Translations under genes and position numbers: made by a program | Shown here: positions 60,303 through 64,000 of the stretch, piece by piece | How positions within the stretch are numbered: the first letter of the stretch is position 1 | Layout: each line of letters begins with the position of its first letter | Notes under the pieces: generated by a model | Database searches by the model: none | Told to the model about the DNA's origin: nothing | The model's input: only the letters and a program-made list of their open reading frames with translations | Assembly (NCBI RefSeq): GCF_964204645.1 | Contig: NC_134027.1 | Coordinates: 8,216,485 to 8,280,484, forward strand | Length of the DNA stretch: 64,000 nt | Reading direction: 5' to 3' | Source of the DNA: Tubulanus polymorphus | Lineage: Eukaryota; Animalia; Nemertea

Positions 60303-63300
60303 CTATGTAACCATCCTAATCATTGATTCGGGTAAGTAATGTAAGATTGCACTTCCGTTGTGACGATCCTCGCTAAGTAATGACGCCACCGTTTGTTTCC
60401 AATAATCGAAACTGATCCGTGAGCTCTATAATAAAAGAACAAAATCACAAGTTTATTATAGCGAAACAAAACAGTTTAGTAAGCTCTACCTCACTTCATA
60501 AAGAAATATTACTAGGTAAACTATGCGGGTTTAGCGGGAAATTTCTTAACGTTACCAAAACTTACCCGTTCTAAAGCGCTACAGTCTTTGTCTTTATGTA
60601 AGTAATGGTCTTGCCAGAACAACAACAGATCTCTAGAAAATAAATGTATAGATAACATGATTAAACGCCACATAGGCCTAACTTTTTATCAAACAGAGTA
60701 CAACACTAACCTGAAATTCTTCATCACAGTGAAACTTCCTTTCTTGTCTTTTGGATTACTGATAAGTTCGTCTCGCAGACCGGTGAGGTAAGCGGGTAAA
60801 TCGTCTCTTTGATTCGCAAACATCAGAAACACTAACGTCGTATTCAAACAGCTTACGTTCTCCTATAAATAAAATCATTCATTAATCCGGCAATTGATTA
60901 TTTTTCTACCATCAATGCCGAAATTCTAAGTTAACCCTAAGTTCTTTTGTCAGCTGCATCTATACCTGCGTGATTGCCTCGACATTAACAATGTTGATTA
61001 GTTTATGAAGATAATCCAACTGCCGAGTGAAGTTTCCTATGTACTGTAGAAGTCGATTTTCTTCATGCACTTTGCTGTATTCTATGAATAGAACATTCTT
61101 ACCATGATTAACATTTCAAAAAAACTGTGATGAATTATGAACCAGGTCCAAATTAAAATTAAATTCTCAAACTAAACTACACTTGCGAGTACTGGTACTG
61201 ATAGATATTGATAGCCATTCTCAAAACAGCTGTAATCCATTTTGCTTGAACTTCCACATGGAAGCATATGAGAAAACATCATAATTGACGAGACTATAAT
61301 TGTGGTCTTACCAACAGCTAATTGTGAATTTTTGTTCGTAAAGTGTTCATATGACAACATCAGACTCCTGATGAACATGTTCGAGTCGACCAGATTAGCG
61401 TTGATGGTATTCACAAATTTGTTGAACTGCAAATAATATATACTGGTTCGTTGATTCAATTTTATTACTCGAAGACACATAGAGCTAATTTCCATGTTAA
61501 GCGTGTCCTTTCTTGCAATGCATCACGCTGCACACTTACCTTCGCATCAGTGTCCAGTAATCGGTCGAACTTCTTAAATGCTTCTATGTTGAACTTGATT
61601 AGTTCACCTAACAGATCAAAACTGCTCTGAAGTATTTCTTTCGGTCTGATATCATTTTCAACAATGTTGCCCGCAACATGCTGCAATGACCAAGTTTACA
61701 TCAGTAACTTAACGATATGGTAAAACTCGACCATTCATATATGCTGTGAAAAGATCCATTTTTGTTCAAATCACCAAAGAAACAAACCTGTAAAAGACCT
61801 CGTCGTAGTAAGAATACTTGATCACAGTAAGATGTAGTTCCCCGTAGATAACTCTCTACAGCTCGCGCTAACCAGAATCGAAACGTCGAAGCCGTCGGCT
61901 CCTTTTTCATCACATCCACTATTTTACTCAGCAATCCTTTCTTTCCTTTGCACATCATTTCTTTACTGTAAATCAGATATATTAATCTAGCAATGTGAAC
62001 GCGTATGTGAAGGCGTTACAAGTATAATATCATTGTTTATTCACATACCTTGGGATGTTGTCCAAATTATCTACTTTGAGAGGACCAGCCTTCTCTGAAA
62101 GATATACGCGATAAATGATTTAACCAAGTACCGGTAGTTAAGAGCTTGAGACTCCGTCTAAATTGAATTGATCCCACTTTCGATGTGCTCAGTTCTGCAG
62201 TCATTCCTACCTTCCCAAGTCTTATCTAACCGACCACATGTCAGTAGAGAGAAAACTAACAGGAAGGCTAACAGCCCACATATCTAGCTGTATTCTGGAC
62301 CCCTGCGATTTCATCCTTGCTGATAATAACTTCTGTTCTGAAATTCTAAATTTCTTATGGCCCTTACCATTTATTTTCTTGATTTCTGTCAATTCCCTCT
62401 GTGTCAGCAGTAAATGTTTGTATCTAAAAGAAAATCGAATATCTACCTTTATTGAACATTGAACAATATCACATGAATGTGTATGCTCGAAAAATTAAAG
62501 TCACTTACTCCGAATGGTCACAGAATGCATGGACTAGTCTCAAAAATTGAATCTTCAAAGCTACTTCCTATAAATCAACGCAAAATAATATCATTCATTT
62601 ATCAAACACGAACACATCTATCAAACAAAGCTGATTTACCCGGTAACTGATTTCTATATGAGTATAACAACAAAAACTTCAAATTTGAGGTCGACTTTTG
62701 TGGCAAAAAATTCATGATTAACTTACAGGGCTACATTCACAGCTGGTGTTGTGTCCTCTTAATCGTAATCTGCTGCTAGTTCTGTGACTAATAACACAAA
62801 TAAAACTAACATAGCTAACAATCTATCGGCATTTCAGGGGATAAATGCTCAAATGTAATCAATGATTAATATCCTGTCCAAAAAATCATAAATCTTTACC
62901 TTTGGCACTTCCAGATAAAATGGTCAAATAAATCATTCAAACCAGGAATAAGTTTCAAATCGGCGACCTTGCGTTGAATCTGGAATAAACAAAACAGATC
63001 TAAATTAATGACTTAACTATTTATTTTATCATAAGATACTAGTCAAAAAAATTCAGATACACATGTAGACTGATTCAATTGAACGTTAATAAATCTAGAG
63101 GCATGAAAGGAAAAATCTCAATACGGCTGTTACCTTTTTCCTATGTTTTCCTACTAAAAACAAGCCTATAACATATATAACTTCGACGCGCTGAACTAAC
63201 TGCATGCTGATTTTGATACCAGGCTGTTGTATAAATGGACTATCGACAGCAGATGGTTCTGATATACCTACAATAAAACGCAACGCCTTGTTATATCAAC

Positions 63301-64000
63301 CGTGTATGAACTATTCCCAGCTGATTTCAGGTTCAAGTTCCAAAATGCGAAAGTGCAAATCATGAAGTTTTTTCTGTTGATCCTCAACAAATGTTGAGTT
63401 TCTTTGAAAGTGATCAGGATGCAGCAATATCAAAGAAAATAATTTCGAAATTTGCCAGACCAACAATACAAAAACATGGATGTCTTTAGTAACAATTTAC
63501 CAGAAGATGCACCTCCCTCCAACACAGAAAAGTCACCAAGAGATGATTTTAAGATTTGTCATACTTTTCTGTTTTTTTGCGGATAAAAAGCAGCTTGCAT
63601 TTAAAGATAATGAGAGATTTGGATTCATTCATATCATATCCGCATATAAATGAAAAATGTAAAAACCCTTACCACCAACAAAATCCTCGAAATCATCAGT
63701 TTCTGGCCGTTCAGCATCTGGATCGCTAAGAGACCGATCAATCCATTCCATCCAACTATCTAGTTCATTACCAACTCCATGATGTCTCGGAGTATCAAAA
63801 AACACTACAAGTAAAACATATTGATATACAATATATAAATATGGATGTACAATATGTTACAACAGGCAACATCTCCAAACTATAGCATCATAATTATACC
63901 ATTCACTGATCATTTTTAACAAGCATTTCAGCATTTCATCTAATCGACATAATTGCCTTGTAATAACTAGTAATATAGACTTACGTGGTTTTGCAACAGC
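60303..64000 (-). CDS. TRPC4AP: Short transient receptor potential channel 4-associated protein (TRUSS), 3' part
   Basis: Motifs FRFWLARAVESYLRG, QVFLLRRGLL, ILQSSFDLLGELIKFN, NLVDSNMFIRSL, QENVSCLNTTLVFLM, YLHKDKDCSALERSSRISFDYWKQTV. Stop at 60303; the 5' end lies outside the window. Confidence 0.96.
62186..62320 (-). ncRNA. SNORD94: Intronic box C/D snoRNA, SNORD94/U94-like, copy in a TRPC4AP intron
   Basis: Lies in intron 62095-62367 on the host strand. Eight substitutions over the 129-nt C-to-D core versus 19758-19886; C box AGGATGA; guide CGCAGGGGTC-CAGA intact. Confidence 0.8.

Noticed and set aside
61127-61201. Plus-strand GTGATGA...CTGA containing U2-antisense CTACACTTG
   Set aside because: Antisense to the host gene, and the element is not positioned before a D or D' box.
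1-64000. CRISPR arrays, operons, tRNA or rRNA genes
   Set aside because: No regularly spaced repeat-spacer array, cloverleaf or rRNA sequence seen; the DNA is eukaryotic and spliced.

Overview
AT-rich, intron-rich metazoan (probably invertebrate) genomic DNA; no prokaryotic features. It contains five protein-coding genes. (1) A ~49-exon, ~2330-aa PMFBP1-like coiled-coil gene (minus, 7588-40390). (2) NOMO/nodal modulator (minus, 41578-49322), head-to-head with (3) CIAO2B/FAM96B (plus, 49467-50359), whose first intron is U12-type. (4) A short ANKAR-like ankyrin+armadillo gene (minus, 51218-56064). (5) The 3' part of TRPC4AP (minus, 60303 to the window end). The PMFBP1-like locus is the most unusual part. 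Its 34 consecutive phase-0 rod exons are all either whole heptads (27) or heptads plus a 4-residue stutter (7). Its long introns hide candidate frame-preserving microexons, a possible membrane-anchor/Cys-string terminal exon and internal start exons. It also hosts intronic snoRNAs: two duplicated C/D families with U6-antisense elements (one SNORD94-like, with a ~94% identical copy 42 kb away in a TRPC4AP intron) and a triplicated H/ACA RNA. Several MITEs and a degenerate Penelope-type hammerhead are also present. All exon and RNA calls were made by eye, without database searches or expression data.
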